Assembly (NCBI GenBank): GCA_965197925.1
Contig: CBDAOC010000015.1
Span: 1 to 64,000 of the forward strand
DNA length: 64,000 nucleotides
Source: Nitrososphaerales archaeon
Lineage (GTDB): Archaea; Thermoproteota; Nitrososphaeria; Nitrososphaerales; UBA213
Reading direction: 5' to 3'
Below are positions 32,171 to 42,953 of this stretch, piece by piece. How positions within the stretch are numbered: position 1 is the stretch's first letter; every line of letters starts with the position of its first letter. The notes beneath the pieces were generated by a model. The model searched no databases and had not been told where the DNA came from. It saw only the letters and a list, made by a program, of their open reading frames with translations. Position numbers and translations under genes: made by a program.

Positions 32171-32871
32171 ATGAAGCCTATTGTCAAGCTGGATAGCTTG
32201 AAAAAATATAACATAATAAAAAGGGAAAATATGTTCGTTGTTACTGTTGCCAATGGTAATAGGAGCAAACGTGCCCTCCTTAGAAATACTGGTAGGCTTC
32301 TAGAGCTTATTCAACCCGGATATACTGTATTATGCTTAGATCGAACCAGTGGTAAGACAAATTGTGAAATCATAGGAGTGCTCGTAGATGACAACAAAGC
32401 AGCTATAGTCGATCCTACACTCAGTTAAGAGTCTTTGATATTGCCGCAAATGAAAAATTCATTCCCTGGTTGAGTGGTTGGAGGGTTGAAAGGAGGGAGG
32501 TTAATGTAGGCGGTTCAAGGTTAGATTACAAAATAACAAATGAAATTCACGAAGGTTATATGGAATTAAAATCCGCAGCATACTACGACGGGTACTATGC
32601 TACGTATCCCGATTGCCCAAGCGAACGTGGTCTGAGACATATTATTACGCTTGAAGAGCTAAACACACATGGGTATAGAACTGTCATGGTTTTTGTCGCC
32701 GCACATCCTTATGCAAAAGCGTTTAAACCCAATATGCAGGCACATGAACAACTTGCATCAAGACTAAGTTCTGCATATAAGAAAGGCCTTGAGGTATATT
32801 CGGTGAAGATCTTCCTTGATATTCTTGGAAATGTTTTTCTCTCCGATCCAGATTTTCCTATAAGATTATAG
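32171..32871 (+). pseudogene. sfsA: SfsA-family nuclease, frameshifted near 32420
   Basis: NTGRLLEL; SRLDY, ELKS, YPDCPSERGLRH across ORFs 32171-32428 and 32470-32871. Confidence 0.85.
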
Positions 32872-32940
32872 TTTTGCCTCCCATTTTTCCTTAGATCTAC
32901 ATAATCCATTTTCAGTAAACATCAAATATATGTCAAGAAG

Positions 32941-33441
32941 ATGGCTTATAGGGCCATGGCAAAAAAGACTAAACTTGTTAGTAAGGTTAAGAAGCCAAGT
33001 AAGGTGAAGAAAGCTAGTAAGGTTATGAAGGATAGGGGAATTAGCCGGGATGATGTAGAGCTTCTTTTCAAGATGGCAGAGATATATAACACAGAATATG
33101 ACTTTAAAGCAACAGAGTGGTTTTGGAGAGTGTTTATAGAAGACGAATTTATGGCATTCAGAAGCAAATATCCGCAGGGAAGTTGGGGAGCACAATTGTT
33201 TGAAAGATTCACATCTAGGTTTGAACATGCAGGGGTCTTGGTAGAGCATGGATTTCTTAGTGAAGACCTGTACTTTGACAGATATGGTTCTTTACAGGCT
33301 GAATGGGCAAAATGTGAACCCATTATATCTGGTCTCAGGGGGGAATGGCACGAACCCCGATTCAGGGAGAATTTTGAACTACTTGCAACAAAGGGCCGTC
33401 ATTGGGTGACGAAACATCCTCCAAGAATTAAGCGTGATTAA
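32941..33441 (+). CDS. Hypothetical protein (DUF4760-like) with Lys-rich N-terminus
   Basis: FEHAGVLVEHG.L..DL, W....PII..LR, ENFELLA. Confidence 0.6.
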   Translation: MAYRAMAKKTKLVSKVKKPSKVKKASKVMKDRGISRDDVELLFKMAEIYNTEYDFKATEWFWRVFIEDEFMAFRSKYPQGSWGAQLFERFTSRFEHAGVLVEHGFLSEDLYFDRYGSLQAEWAKCEPIISGLRGEWHEPRFRENFELLATKGRHWVTKHPPRIKRD

Positions 33442-33467
33442 CAAAAGGCAATTCAAATCATTAATAC

Positions 33468-34403
33468 ATGGAAATAGGTAGCGGTAACAAGATGAAGCTT
33501 CTGGTAAGTGGAGCATCTGGTTTCATAGGAACCGCTCTGGTTGACCACCTTGCACATAGTGGACACGATGTAATTTGTTTGATAAGAGATGATAAAAAGA
33601 GAACTCAACTGAACCAAGGTGCTGAGTTTATGATTGCTGATATAACCGACAGGAACACACTGCTTCAATCCATGAATAATATCAAGGTTGACGGATTGTT
33701 CCATCTGGCAGCTAAGAATCCTTTGGAAAAGAACAAGAAATTACAAAAGGCGGTCAACATTGATGGAATGAGAAACATGATTGATGCATGTATAGAAAAC
33801 GATGTAAAATTATTTGTTTATGCCCAAGGAACTGGTGTTTATGGTGACACTGAAGGGGAATGGATCGATGAATCTACATTAAAGAATCCGAACACCGATT
33901 TTGCAAGGACAAGGGACAAGGCTGAACAGATGTTATGGAGGGCAAGCAAGGAGAACGGATTGCCGGTCACAGTAGCGGTACTTGGAGATGTATATGGACC
34001 CTCGGGGTGGTTTGCAGATATTATTGTTAATAAGATTAGGGATGGCTCTTTCAAAATTCCAGGTTCTGGTGAATACTATAGAAGTTTGGTTCACATAGAT
34101 GATGTTGTAAATGCTTTAAAACTCATTGTTGAGAAAAATGCGGTCAACAACACATTTATGATTACAGATGATGAACCAGTCACATTCTCTGAATTCATTT
34201 ATTATATAGCAGATCGAATGAACTTGAAGAGACCGGGCAAAGTTCCAGCATTCCTTGCGAAAGCTGTTCTTGGTTCCGATATGGTTAAACTGCTTACTTG
34301 TTCAATAAAAGCCAGAAATACAAAAGCAATGAGGGAACTAGGTTTGGAGCTACTGTATTCAACATACAAGGAAGGAGTTCCAGCAGCTTTGCAGAAACTA
34401 TAA
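33468..34403 (+). CDS. NAD-dependent epimerase/dehydratase (atypical SDR)
   Basis: VSGASGFIG, HLAA, VYGP, VHIDDVV. Confidence 0.9.
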   Translation: MEIGSGNKMKLLVSGASGFIGTALVDHLAHSGHDVICLIRDDKKRTQLNQGAEFMIADITDRNTLLQSMNNIKVDGLFHLAAKNPLEKNKKLQKAVNIDGMRNMIDACIENDVKLFVYAQGTGVYGDTEGEWIDESTLKNPNTDFARTRDKAEQMLWRASKENGLPVTVAVLGDVYGPSGWFADIIVNKIRDGSFKIPGSGEYYRSLVHIDDVVNALKLIVEKNAVNNTFMITDDEPVTFSEFIYYIADRMNLKRPGKVPAFLAKAVLGSDMVKLLTCSIKARNTKAMRELGLELLYSTYKEGVPAALQKL

Positions 34404-34542
34404 TTCTTGAGGAGAGAGCCCTACCCTTTGATTTCCTTTCTGAGTTTATCTCTCTATAATGAGGATATGTTCTTGGCTTTCATGTGGTGTTGTCAAATAT
34501 AGAAGTAGATTGCCAATTTTAAATATAATATACTAGATATTT

Positions 34543-35635
34543 GAGGCTTGGGCGTAATTAAGCCGGTAGAAACGATAAGATCAGGTTTCAATTTTCATTG
34601 GTAATATGTTTAGCTCAGACTCCATACTTCTTCATATATTATTTTTGATTGACGTGATTCCTTGGACAAAACCTAATAGGAAAAGAGGTAGACCATTCTA
34701 CTATTCTCCTACAGTTATGGTGAGATGCTTCATCGTTAGAGTATGGGTAAGAATACCAGGCAACAATGTGTTACATCAATATTTTTCGATAGACATGCCA
34801 TACAACAGGAAGGTAATGAAGGCATGTGGTCTTGATAGGTTGCCAGATAAAAGAACATTCGACAGAAGGTCAAGGCCACGTCAATTGACATAAGATCAAG
34901 GATAGGTGCTATGGGTATGCTCTTCATAAAAGATGGGTTGGTAGACTCATCCATAGTATCCGTTGATAGTTCCTTGTTGAAAGCAAAGGGACATGTATGG
35001 CATAGATCAAACATGAAGAAGAATGAAGTGCCACGCTCCGGTATGGATACAGACGCTCGATGGGGATTCAGCAGAACCAAGGGATGGGTATTTGGATACA
35101 AGATGCATTTAGCATGTAGCACAGGTTCGTTGATAGTTCCATTATCAGCTGATTTCACAACAGCTAACATTACTGATAACAAGATGTATGAAAGCATAAC
35201 ATCTTCATTGCCTACAGGAATGGTAAGGTATGTTGTAGGAGATGAAGGATATGATGATCACAAGTTATGTGATTTCAGCAGGTATAGAAGGCATCCAGTA
35301 TTCCCATTGGAAAGGTACAAGCATACTACAGATAATAATAGACTGGCATTGCTGCAGTTCTATAACTCTGAATTTGGGCAGCATGTATATTCTCGGAGGA
35401 GCATAAGCGTTGAGCCATTGATAGAGCAGATAAAGGATGTATTTGATATAGACCCACTACCTGTTAGAGGATTTGATAAGGTAAGAGTATAGTGTTGTTA
35501 TCAGTATTGTTGTATCAGGTAATGGTTTACTACAACTACTTGACAGGAAGGCCTCTTAGGGCATTGAAGTATATGTTGGGAAGCTAATAGTAATAATTTC
35601 AAAATAATATTATAATTGAATTATGCCCAGGTCTC
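34543..35635 (+). mobile_element. DDE (DDE_Tnp_1-type) insertion sequence, copy 1, frameshifted transposase
   Basis: TIR GAGGCTTGGGCGTAATT / GAGACCTGGGCATAATT; perfect 8-bp TSD AGATATTT (34535-34542, 35636-35643); VDSS, GYKMH, VGDEGYD, RISVEP. Confidence 0.9.
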
Positions 35636-35998
35636 AGATATTTAATATATGGCCTTGATGAGAATACCAGAATAATTTTTAAAGGGATAATTGAAAGTTA
35701 TTGCGAATATTCCAGAATTTATAAAGAACATCCATCGGGTAAAAGCAGTATTGAATGTAAACAATGAGATAGATTTTGTTTTTGGTTGGATATGGGGAGA
35801 AATAAATACGGCTATAAGGATGTATTATGGATTAAGCTTCGAAAGAGAAGTCACATAAAAGGAAATGAATGAAGTTTTGCAAATCATCTACAGCCGAGCA
35901 CTAGAAATGCGTAGTACTATTACCAGTGAATAATACATTGTCCTAACAAGGACAGCTTCAGGAACCCTATCTTCAATTTACGAACAATTCGAAAAGGT

Positions 35999-36697
35999 CT
36001 AAATTGCATACTTTCCCGATATTATGGCAGCTGTTCCAAAGGTAAGGCTCTTACATTGAACATCACTAAACCCATATCTCTCCATTTTTGTTGTAAGGTC
36101 GTTTATCCAATTACTCCTCTTTATCAATGTGTCAAGTTCATTGAACACTGATCTCCATGAAGGTAAGAATATCCCCACTATACGTAGTACCTTGAAGTAT
36201 GCATTCCATAAGCATTTCATTAGAGAATTAGTTGGATAAGTAAAATCATGCATGATCAACATTCCCCCTGGCTTCAAAACCCTAGAGATTTCAGATACAA
36301 CCTTATCCATATCACAATATTTGGGTAGATATGAAGCCGTAACAAAATCAAACTCTCCATCTACCTGTGGAATTGCCTCTGCCGCGGATACATAGAAACT
36401 CAGGTTTTTGATATTGCGTATCGAAGCTTTTTCTTTGGCGATTCTAATACTGCCTTCGATGATGTCAAGACCAACAACATACCTTACCTTTCTCTCCAAC
36501 GCAAACGAAAGTATTCCTGTTCCACAGGCAAGATCAAGAACTTTATAATTACCATTAGGGATCAAATCGAGAATGACTCTTTTCCACGCCATATCCTGAC
36601 CGAAAGTTGTTGTGTTAACAACGGCTTCATAGCTGGAAGAATTATCTACAAAGAATTTTTCCGCCATTTTTTGACCGTGATGCGCCGCTCGTATCAA
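35999..36697 (-). CDS. UbiE/MenG-like class I SAM methyltransferase
   Basis: YEAVVNTTTFGQDMAWK, VLDLACGTG, RVLKPGG; likely start ATG 36667. Confidence 0.85.
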   Translation of the reverse strand: MIRAAHHGQKMAEKFFVDNSSSYEAVVNTTTFGQDMAWKRVILDLIPNGNYKVLDLACGTGILSFALERKVRYVVGLDIIEGSIRIAKEKASIRNIKNLSFYVSAAEAIPQVDGEFDFVTASYLPKYCDMDKVVSEISRVLKPGGMLIMHDFTYPTNSLMKCLWNAYFKVLRIVGIFLPSWRSVFNELDTLIKRSNWINDLTTKMERYGFSDVQCKSLTFGTAAIISGKYAI

Positions 36698-36721
36698 CTA
36701 TTAATAGATAACATTTATGCA

Positions 36722-37159
36722 TTAAATTATTTGTTGTCCTGAAACACTGCTCGAATAGACGGCCTGGTCAGATAGTAGATTGCAGCAGAAAACAATATCA
36801 ACCCGTATGCCAAACGTTGATGGTATTTCAAATGCTCTAGTGTAAAGTATGTTCATGATAGAAGTTATTATTCCAAAGAACATGAAAGCTAAGCCTAGTA
36901 GTAAACCCCACCCCTTCCTTTTAGCAAGACCATACACGAGGACGAAGATGAATAGATCCATGCCAAGAGAGAAGGTTGAGCCTATCGAAGCAATGCCAGC
37001 GAATTCTGTAGGTAGGTATTCAAGCATAGTTAGTATACTAGTAGCAATATTGTAAATACCACCCAACGTGAGAAGTATTATTATGAGATTTATGCCCAGA
37101 TTGGCACGCATGGGTTGCATAACTATAACGATTATATGAAAACAATTCAAAAACATCAC
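36722..37159 (-). CDS. Hypothetical membrane protein
   Basis: Hydrophobic ORF with GLAKRKGWG. Confidence 0.45.
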   Translation of the reverse strand: MMFLNCFHIIVIVMQPMRANLGINLIIILLTLGGIYNIATSILTMLEYLPTEFAGIASIGSTFSLGMDLFIFVLVYGLAKRKGWGLLLGLAFMFFGIITSIMNILYTRAFEIPSTFGIRVDIVFCCNLLSDQAVYSSSVSGQQII

Positions 37160-37221
37160 TTTTCATCTAGATATACTAAAATGGTTATTTACATTTTAGT
37201 ATATCTAGATAATAAAATATA

Positions 37222-38115
37222 TTATTTCAATGAAATTTGACTATGCCCAAATCCTTCTTTTGATACTCCAACACCTTCTTCACCCATAATTGTTTTAAAA
37301 GATGTAACAATGTGATTGAACTGGTCAAGCGAATTCCATTTTCCATAACCATTCTTCTTCAACACATACGGTAATGGATCATCAAAGTAAACAGGAGAGC
37401 TCGTTCGGTAACCATTGGAACCATCACCCAGAAGGAAATGATCCAATATGACATAATTACTGCAGGAGTTAATGCTCCTAGCAAACCCAAATGGATCCTT
37501 CAGTGGAAGTAAAGGGGAAACCACAGCGACAGCATTCAACTCATTACTCTTTATATTAGAAAGTGCCTGCATCCTAGATTTTACTGAATACACATGCCTG
37601 AAATTTACGCTGGTATTAAACAAATCTAGATCCTTGTTTTCCATATCAGTCTCTATAGATACTTGTAGAGATACATTGCAAAGATGATGAAGCATCTTGA
37701 TTAAGCCCAGGTCCCTCAATAAATTTGGGGTATGAGTCTGTATTACCAGACTATCTGGTGGCAACTCAATCATAGTTTCAAGGAGGCTATTTGTTATCCT
37801 TAATTCAGCTTCAGCAGGGATGTACGGATCAGTAACACTGTTCATGAATATCTTTAATTTTTCATGACGGTTACGAATTTTTCCATAATCAGATCTATAT
37901 AGTTCAGAGGCATTGATCTTAGCATCGACATAGGTGCCCCATGATCGCATCTCACCCTTCACTCCCCTGATGATTGTTTTCGCATAACAGTAGTTACCAC
38001 ATAGACCAAGTCCGAGTTGGCACTCACTATAAGGATTGATCGTGTGTGTATAATCTGAAAGAAAACCACCAGTAGGAGTGAGAATTGTTTTTGCCCTTAT
38101 CTTGTTAATCTGCAT
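37222..38115 (-). CDS. Radical SAM protein, SplB/Rv2578c-like family
   Basis: TINPYSEC......C...CYA, FMNSVTDPY.PAE, VSIETD, VSPLLP. Confidence 0.8.
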   Translation of the reverse strand: MQINKIRAKTILTPTGGFLSDYTHTINPYSECQLGLGLCGNYCYAKTIIRGVKGEMRSWGTYVDAKINASELYRSDYGKIRNRHEKLKIFMNSVTDPYIPAEAELRITNSLLETMIELPPDSLVIQTHTPNLLRDLGLIKMLHHLCNVSLQVSIETDMENKDLDLFNTSVNFRHVYSVKSRMQALSNIKSNELNAVAVVSPLLPLKDPFGFARSINSCSNYVILDHFLLGDGSNGYRTSSPVYFDDPLPYVLKKNGYGKWNSLDQFNHIVTSFKTIMGEEGVGVSKEGFGHSQISLK

Positions 38116-38181
38116 TAGCTGTATTTGGTGCTGGACAATAAAAATTATAGGGTATAAGAAACACAAGCAGGACTTGACTAA

Positions 38182-38937
38182 ATGATACCTTCTGAATCAA
38201 TACAACAAAGCAATGATATATCATGTACATATAATATCAAATTGGTAATCAAGAAAAAAGGAAATCTTCGCACAATTTTGATTATTGGCGGATTGGCATT
38301 AGTATTTTGGGCCCTTTTCAACCTTTATCCCCAACTTCAAACATTACATGGTAACAGTACCAAAGATTATCACCCTGAAAAGCTTTGGACTTTTGGCGTT
38401 GGTATTGGGAATGGAACGAAGGCTACCTATAATGTGTATCACGCAGCACTTGGACAAAATGTCACAACGAGTTATACAGTTGTAGATACTGGAGGCCTAA
38501 ACGGAACATGGAAAATTGCAATAGACGCAAAAGCGGGTGATGTGGAGGAGAATGCCTATGCCTTTACAACAAAAAGCATACTACCAGTGGGGGGCTCTAA
38601 GATTATTGGGGAGCTTGATAGGCTTGAAGTTGCAACAAAGATGTCAGTTGCTGAATTCCTCATGGGGATAACGGATCAACCATTGGTGGTTGGCGCTAGC
38701 TGGCATATGGCATTCCTTACCCCTGACAACACCTTTACTAGGTCAAGCATTATCAAGCAGCAGGTCGTAAATGAGGATGAGGTCTATATACTCAGTTACG
38801 GACCTGAGAGTACTCCCAGCTATACATGGATTGACAAGAATTATCCCATACCCATACGGGATGAATATAAGGATCCGTTGACCGGCAAGGTCATTTCTAT
38901 TTATGAATTGATTGAATATAGAAAAACAATTAGTTAA
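38182..38937 (+). CDS. Hypothetical membrane-anchored/exported protein
   Basis: N-terminal TM helix, beta-rich soluble part. Confidence 0.55.
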   Translation: MIPSESIQQSNDISCTYNIKLVIKKKGNLRTILIIGGLALVFWALFNLYPQLQTLHGNSTKDYHPEKLWTFGVGIGNGTKATYNVYHAALGQNVTTSYTVVDTGGLNGTWKIAIDAKAGDVEENAYAFTTKSILPVGGSKIIGELDRLEVATKMSVAEFLMGITDQPLVVGASWHMAFLTPDNTFTRSSIIKQQVVNEDEVYILSYGPESTPSYTWIDKNYPIPIRDEYKDPLTGKVISIYELIEYRKTIS

Positions 38938-39636
38938 CTGGATCATATTCAATGTGATAATTTGGCAGCAGTTTTAGTACATTCATAAAAGATTCAATAT
39001 CCATTAATTCATTTCAGTATGTTAATTTTTATGAGCCTCGTCTTCTATAGATAAGATATGCAATAAATCCACCCAAAAATGCAAATGATATAACCAACGC
39101 TATAATTTCATTTTCTGGCATATATCAATCAGATTGTTTTCTAAAAATAAACTTTTAGATGGAGGACTAGTATTTGATGTAGTAAATTCCTTTTATAATT
39201 GTATATTTAAGCTCATTCATTGACGGATAATAACTCCATATATCCTATTTGCAGAAAGAAATTGGTTGAACATTCAGAGGTGCAAGAGGAGATATGCAAA
39301 ATCATCTTGGTGAAGGAATTCAATAATTACTGTCCTAGATATGATATGTAGCCTATAAATAGACAATCATCAGTGCTAGCTAACATGTAACTATTTTCCA
39401 TACTTGTATAAACGATGATTTTAGATATTAGAGAGAATATTTATCACTGTATGGATGGAGAAAACAATACTTGTCAAATTTGTGGTTGTAGGAAACATAA
39501 GTATGTAGGATGCATTCTTCACTGGATATTCCATAAGAACGAGAAAAAGTAAATTTGATTGATTGTTTATATTGTCAATTTAATATTAATATTATTATTG
39601 TTGTTATTGCTCTCATTATTACTATTTCTATAATAA

Positions 39637-40692
39637 TTATCCTCCATCTTCTATCCTCTTGGTGATTTCGATAGCAAATACACTACCCAAAAATCCCAAA
39701 AATAGTGCTGGAACCAAGGTCGAGATCATGACATGCTGGTATGTAGCCAAGAATAGATTTATCGTAGTGACTTGAATATCAACAGGTACACCCAATGCTT
39801 CTCTAAAAGCATGTGGCACAAGTGGAAAGTAAAGTACATAATAAAAGGGAGCAAAAATGATACCCGCTAAAACTAATCTTATCTTTTCACCAAGTTTGCT
39901 TCGCAATACAAAATCAACTGCGACCGCAGGCAGTATGACAAGCATGTAATAGGGCATAGCAGGTGCTATTCCGTGATGGGCAACAATTGTAGCCGTTCCG
40001 TTCACGAAAACATATAATGCGGTTAAAATCGTAACTGGAAATTGAATCTGTAATATTCTGTATGAAATTATTATCATCATAGAGCTAATTATTGGCATTA
40101 CTACTGCAGCTGTAGCTGCTCCCACAAACGGATTGGGATTAAAGTCATAGTACTCCCCCTCAGAAAAAGGTAAAGTGAATAACATTACCATCCCCGATGC
40201 CGACAACCATAGAGCCGTTAAGGAAATTATTGAACCTATCTGCAATAAAGGTGAACTCTTTTTCCTCTTAGTGATTTTTGCTAATCCTTTGACACCTGCC
40301 ATTGCGTTGAGTAGCATTCCAACAACTAGGATCAAATGCGGGGGGCTCAACAGGCCATCAAAACCATAGATTGAGTGCCACCATAAATCGAATCCACCAG
40401 AAAACAACTGTAACGCAGAACCAATTAGTGCATACAGCAAACTATTGACATAAGCCGTCGAAATCTTCTGTTTAATCCTCAACACTAACCCTAATATTCC
40501 CATTGACAGTGTAAGAAGAACACCCAAATACACCAGAGAATGGGGCGGTGTCAAGAATGTCTCAGGATTCTGCAAGGCATGCCATGTAACATCCCAGTGC
40601 CCCCCTCCAATCTGAAGCAATGCACCCACGCTTACCAGTAGGTAGATTATTGTTAAATTCCTGGGAAGTTTTACGAATTTCTGTTCAGTCAA
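39637..40692 (-). CDS. Polytopic membrane protein with two AmoC/PmoC-like DxxWH...PxH motifs
   Basis: WDVTWHALQNPETFLTPPH and FDLWWHSIYGFDGLLSPPH. Confidence 0.7.
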   Translation of the reverse strand: MTEQKFVKLPRNLTIIYLLVSVGALLQIGGGHWDVTWHALQNPETFLTPPHSLVYLGVLLTLSMGILGLVLRIKQKISTAYVNSLLYALIGSALQLFSGGFDLWWHSIYGFDGLLSPPHLILVVGMLLNAMAGVKGLAKITKRKKSSPLLQIGSIISLTALWLSASGMVMLFTLPFSEGEYYDFNPNPFVGAATAAVVMPIISSMMIIISYRILQIQFPVTILTALYVFVNGTATIVAHHGIAPAMPYYMLVILPAVAVDFVLRSKLGEKIRLVLAGIIFAPFYYVLYFPLVPHAFREALGVPVDIQVTTINLFLATYQHVMISTLVPALFLGFLGSVFAIEITKRIEDGG

Positions 40693-40729
40693 ACGTAATT
40701 AAAACTTGATTTACCATTTAAAAAACAAA

Positions 40730-41587
40730 TCATATTTTGAGATCAATTCCTGCTGTTTGCACTATATCAGCCAACACTGTTTTGTTTGCAGCGGTAACAA
40801 AGGATAATCTTGAATTAGTATTGAACTCAGCTTCCAATTCACTCCCTTCTTCAGATATAATTATACCACCTGCTTCTTTCACAATCAAATAGGCCGCAGC
40901 CATATCTGTAATCCTGAGCTTATTTCGTAGATCAATGAACACATCCATTAACCCTCTTGCAAATATGCATAACTCTAGTGCGTTGGCACCCATATGTCGC
41001 AAATGGTTTGCTTTTGATATTATTGGTTTTAATAGTTCAATCTTTTCTGGTGTAACCCCTGATATATTCATTCCAACTACATACTTATTTTCTTCAAACT
41101 TTTCTTTAACATGTATCTTTGCACCATTGAAAAATGCTCCACTGCCCTTAGATGCAGAATAAACATCACCCCCAAATAAGTCCATTATAACACCAATCTT
41201 TACCGCACTTAGTCTATTCTGATCTGCATAAGCAATCGAACAACAGTAAAAGGGGATCCCCCTGAGCGCATTTGTGGTGCCATCAACAGCATCTACTACA
41301 ATAAAACCCTCCTTCCCATTTGCAATATCTATCCTTCCTGTTTCCTCTGCAAGTACTGAGCATTTCAGACCATGAGTCTCCAGAGTATCAAATACAGCGC
41401 GCTCCGCAACTATGTCAATCTTTCTAGAAATATCTCCACCAGCACCAACACCATAAGATTCATTTGCTTCTTCAGTTCCAACAAGCCTGCTAACCTGTGA
41501 CCTTACGTTAGAGCATGCCTCTATGAAGATCCTTTGCATATCAAGCATAAGAGTCATTAATTTTAAGTGTATATTAAATTTAAGCAA
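40730..41587 (-). CDS. Inositol monophosphatase / FBPase (archaeal bifunctional)
   Basis: GAGGD...ID, AEE.G, DAVDGTTN, DMAAA.LIVKEAGG. Confidence 0.9.
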   Translation of the reverse strand: MLKFNIHLKLMTLMLDMQRIFIEACSNVRSQVSRLVGTEEANESYGVGAGGDISRKIDIVAERAVFDTLETHGLKCSVLAEETGRIDIANGKEGFIVVDAVDGTTNALRGIPFYCCSIAYADQNRLSAVKIGVIMDLFGGDVYSASKGSGAFFNGAKIHVKEKFEENKYVVGMNISGVTPEKIELLKPIISKANHLRHMGANALELCIFARGLMDVFIDLRNKLRITDMAAAYLIVKEAGGIIISEEGSELEAEFNTNSRLSFVTAANKTVLADIVQTAGIDLKI

Positions 41588-41870
41588 TCCATTGATAATA
41601 TATTATTTTAATCGAATCAGGTTAGATAGGAGATTGTTTGTGAATGTGTTTTCTTGATTCAAAATAATTTTGGTAATGATCATGTAGGATAATTAAGGAC
41701 TACACATAAATGAATAACTGTATTTTTGGAGTGCTGGAGATATCAAATATCCGCTTATTGCCCACATAATGTTAACCATCTAGGTACTAGATCTATAACA
41801 ACAATATAGAGCCTATTACACATTTGTAATGAACCTAACTTCTCAAGAAATTCTAATTTCTTCAATCTAA

Positions 41871-42722
41871 CTAGTTTACTTGATTCGATCTCACTAATGT
41901 TATTATTTCATCTAAAGAAGGACCCCTCATTATGGTAGCCTCAAACTTACTTTCCATCATTTCATTAATTGCCTGACCGCCAACTATTACACAACCTGAA
42001 GATATAGTTCTAATTCGTCTGACAAGGCTCTGCCCCATTCTAACATTGTCTTGAAGCGTTAACGAAATTAGAATGGCTTGTGGATTTAAGTCCTTGATGT
42101 AATTGGTGACTGATTCTGCTGGAGCTGATGGAGAAATGTTGAAGACTTGATAACCCTTGCTCAGCAATACAGATTCTATAATACCACATCCAAGATTATG
42201 TAATTCAGCAGTAGGGGTACAAATTATCACCTTACTCTTATGATCTCTTTTCGCAATCCCACTATTAATTGCATTTATCAAGCTGCGAGCGGCATTGCTG
42301 CATACATGCTCAGTAGCTACATCGAGTTTTTTCTGAGCCCAAAGGTCACCTATCCTATACATCACTGGCTTGAGGATATTGTCATAAAATTCAGTCAACT
42401 TTGATGATTTTGAATTTTTTTCATAAACGCTAATCAGACCCTCAATATTAGCATGGCACAAAAATTCCAAGACGTCATCACGTAATCTCTCAACCGCTTT
42501 CACATTTCTTTTGTTTTGTGTTAGGCTTGGAGATGACAGGAACGCAAGTATTTTTGAATTATTTCTATACTCAGCTGGAATATCCCTAAGAGTAACTTTT
42601 GAAGTTCTTCCAAGATACTTTATTATCTTTTGTCTTGATGTGTTAGTATTCTCGTTCCATTCACTCTGAACAAGGTAGGCATAATCAAAGCCTTTGACCT
42701 TTTTGTTCCTGATATAAACCAT
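41871..42722 (-). CDS. Cobalamin-binding domain protein (CarH-type sensor) with N-terminal putative DNA-binding domain
   Basis: IGDLW.....VATEH (Wx9EH), ELHNLG, ISLT, VGGQA. Confidence 0.8.
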   Translation of the reverse strand: MVYIRNKKVKGFDYAYLVQSEWNENTNTSRQKIIKYLGRTSKVTLRDIPAEYRNNSKILAFLSSPSLTQNKRNVKAVERLRDDVLEFLCHANIEGLISVYEKNSKSSKLTEFYDNILKPVMYRIGDLWAQKKLDVATEHVCSNAARSLINAINSGIAKRDHKSKVIICTPTAELHNLGCGIIESVLLSKGYQVFNISPSAPAESVTNYIKDLNPQAILISLTLQDNVRMGQSLVRRIRTISSGCVIVGGQAINEMMESKFEATIMRGPSLDEIITLVRSNQVN

Positions 42723-42953
42723 AAAAATCCTTTATTATATCATATATTAAAAAAGTTGCTTATTGAATATTATGGTTTTAATGATTAATGGATATTTTTA
42801 TGATTTCAACAAATCAGATCCGAAATAGATCCACTTGGTTGATTACTTTGTTCTTCAACAAAATCGTTTGAAAGAGGAGATAATATATTATCAATCAAAC
42901 GTTTTATCAACAATCTACAAATACACTATCAGTCACTTTATGTATGATTTATT

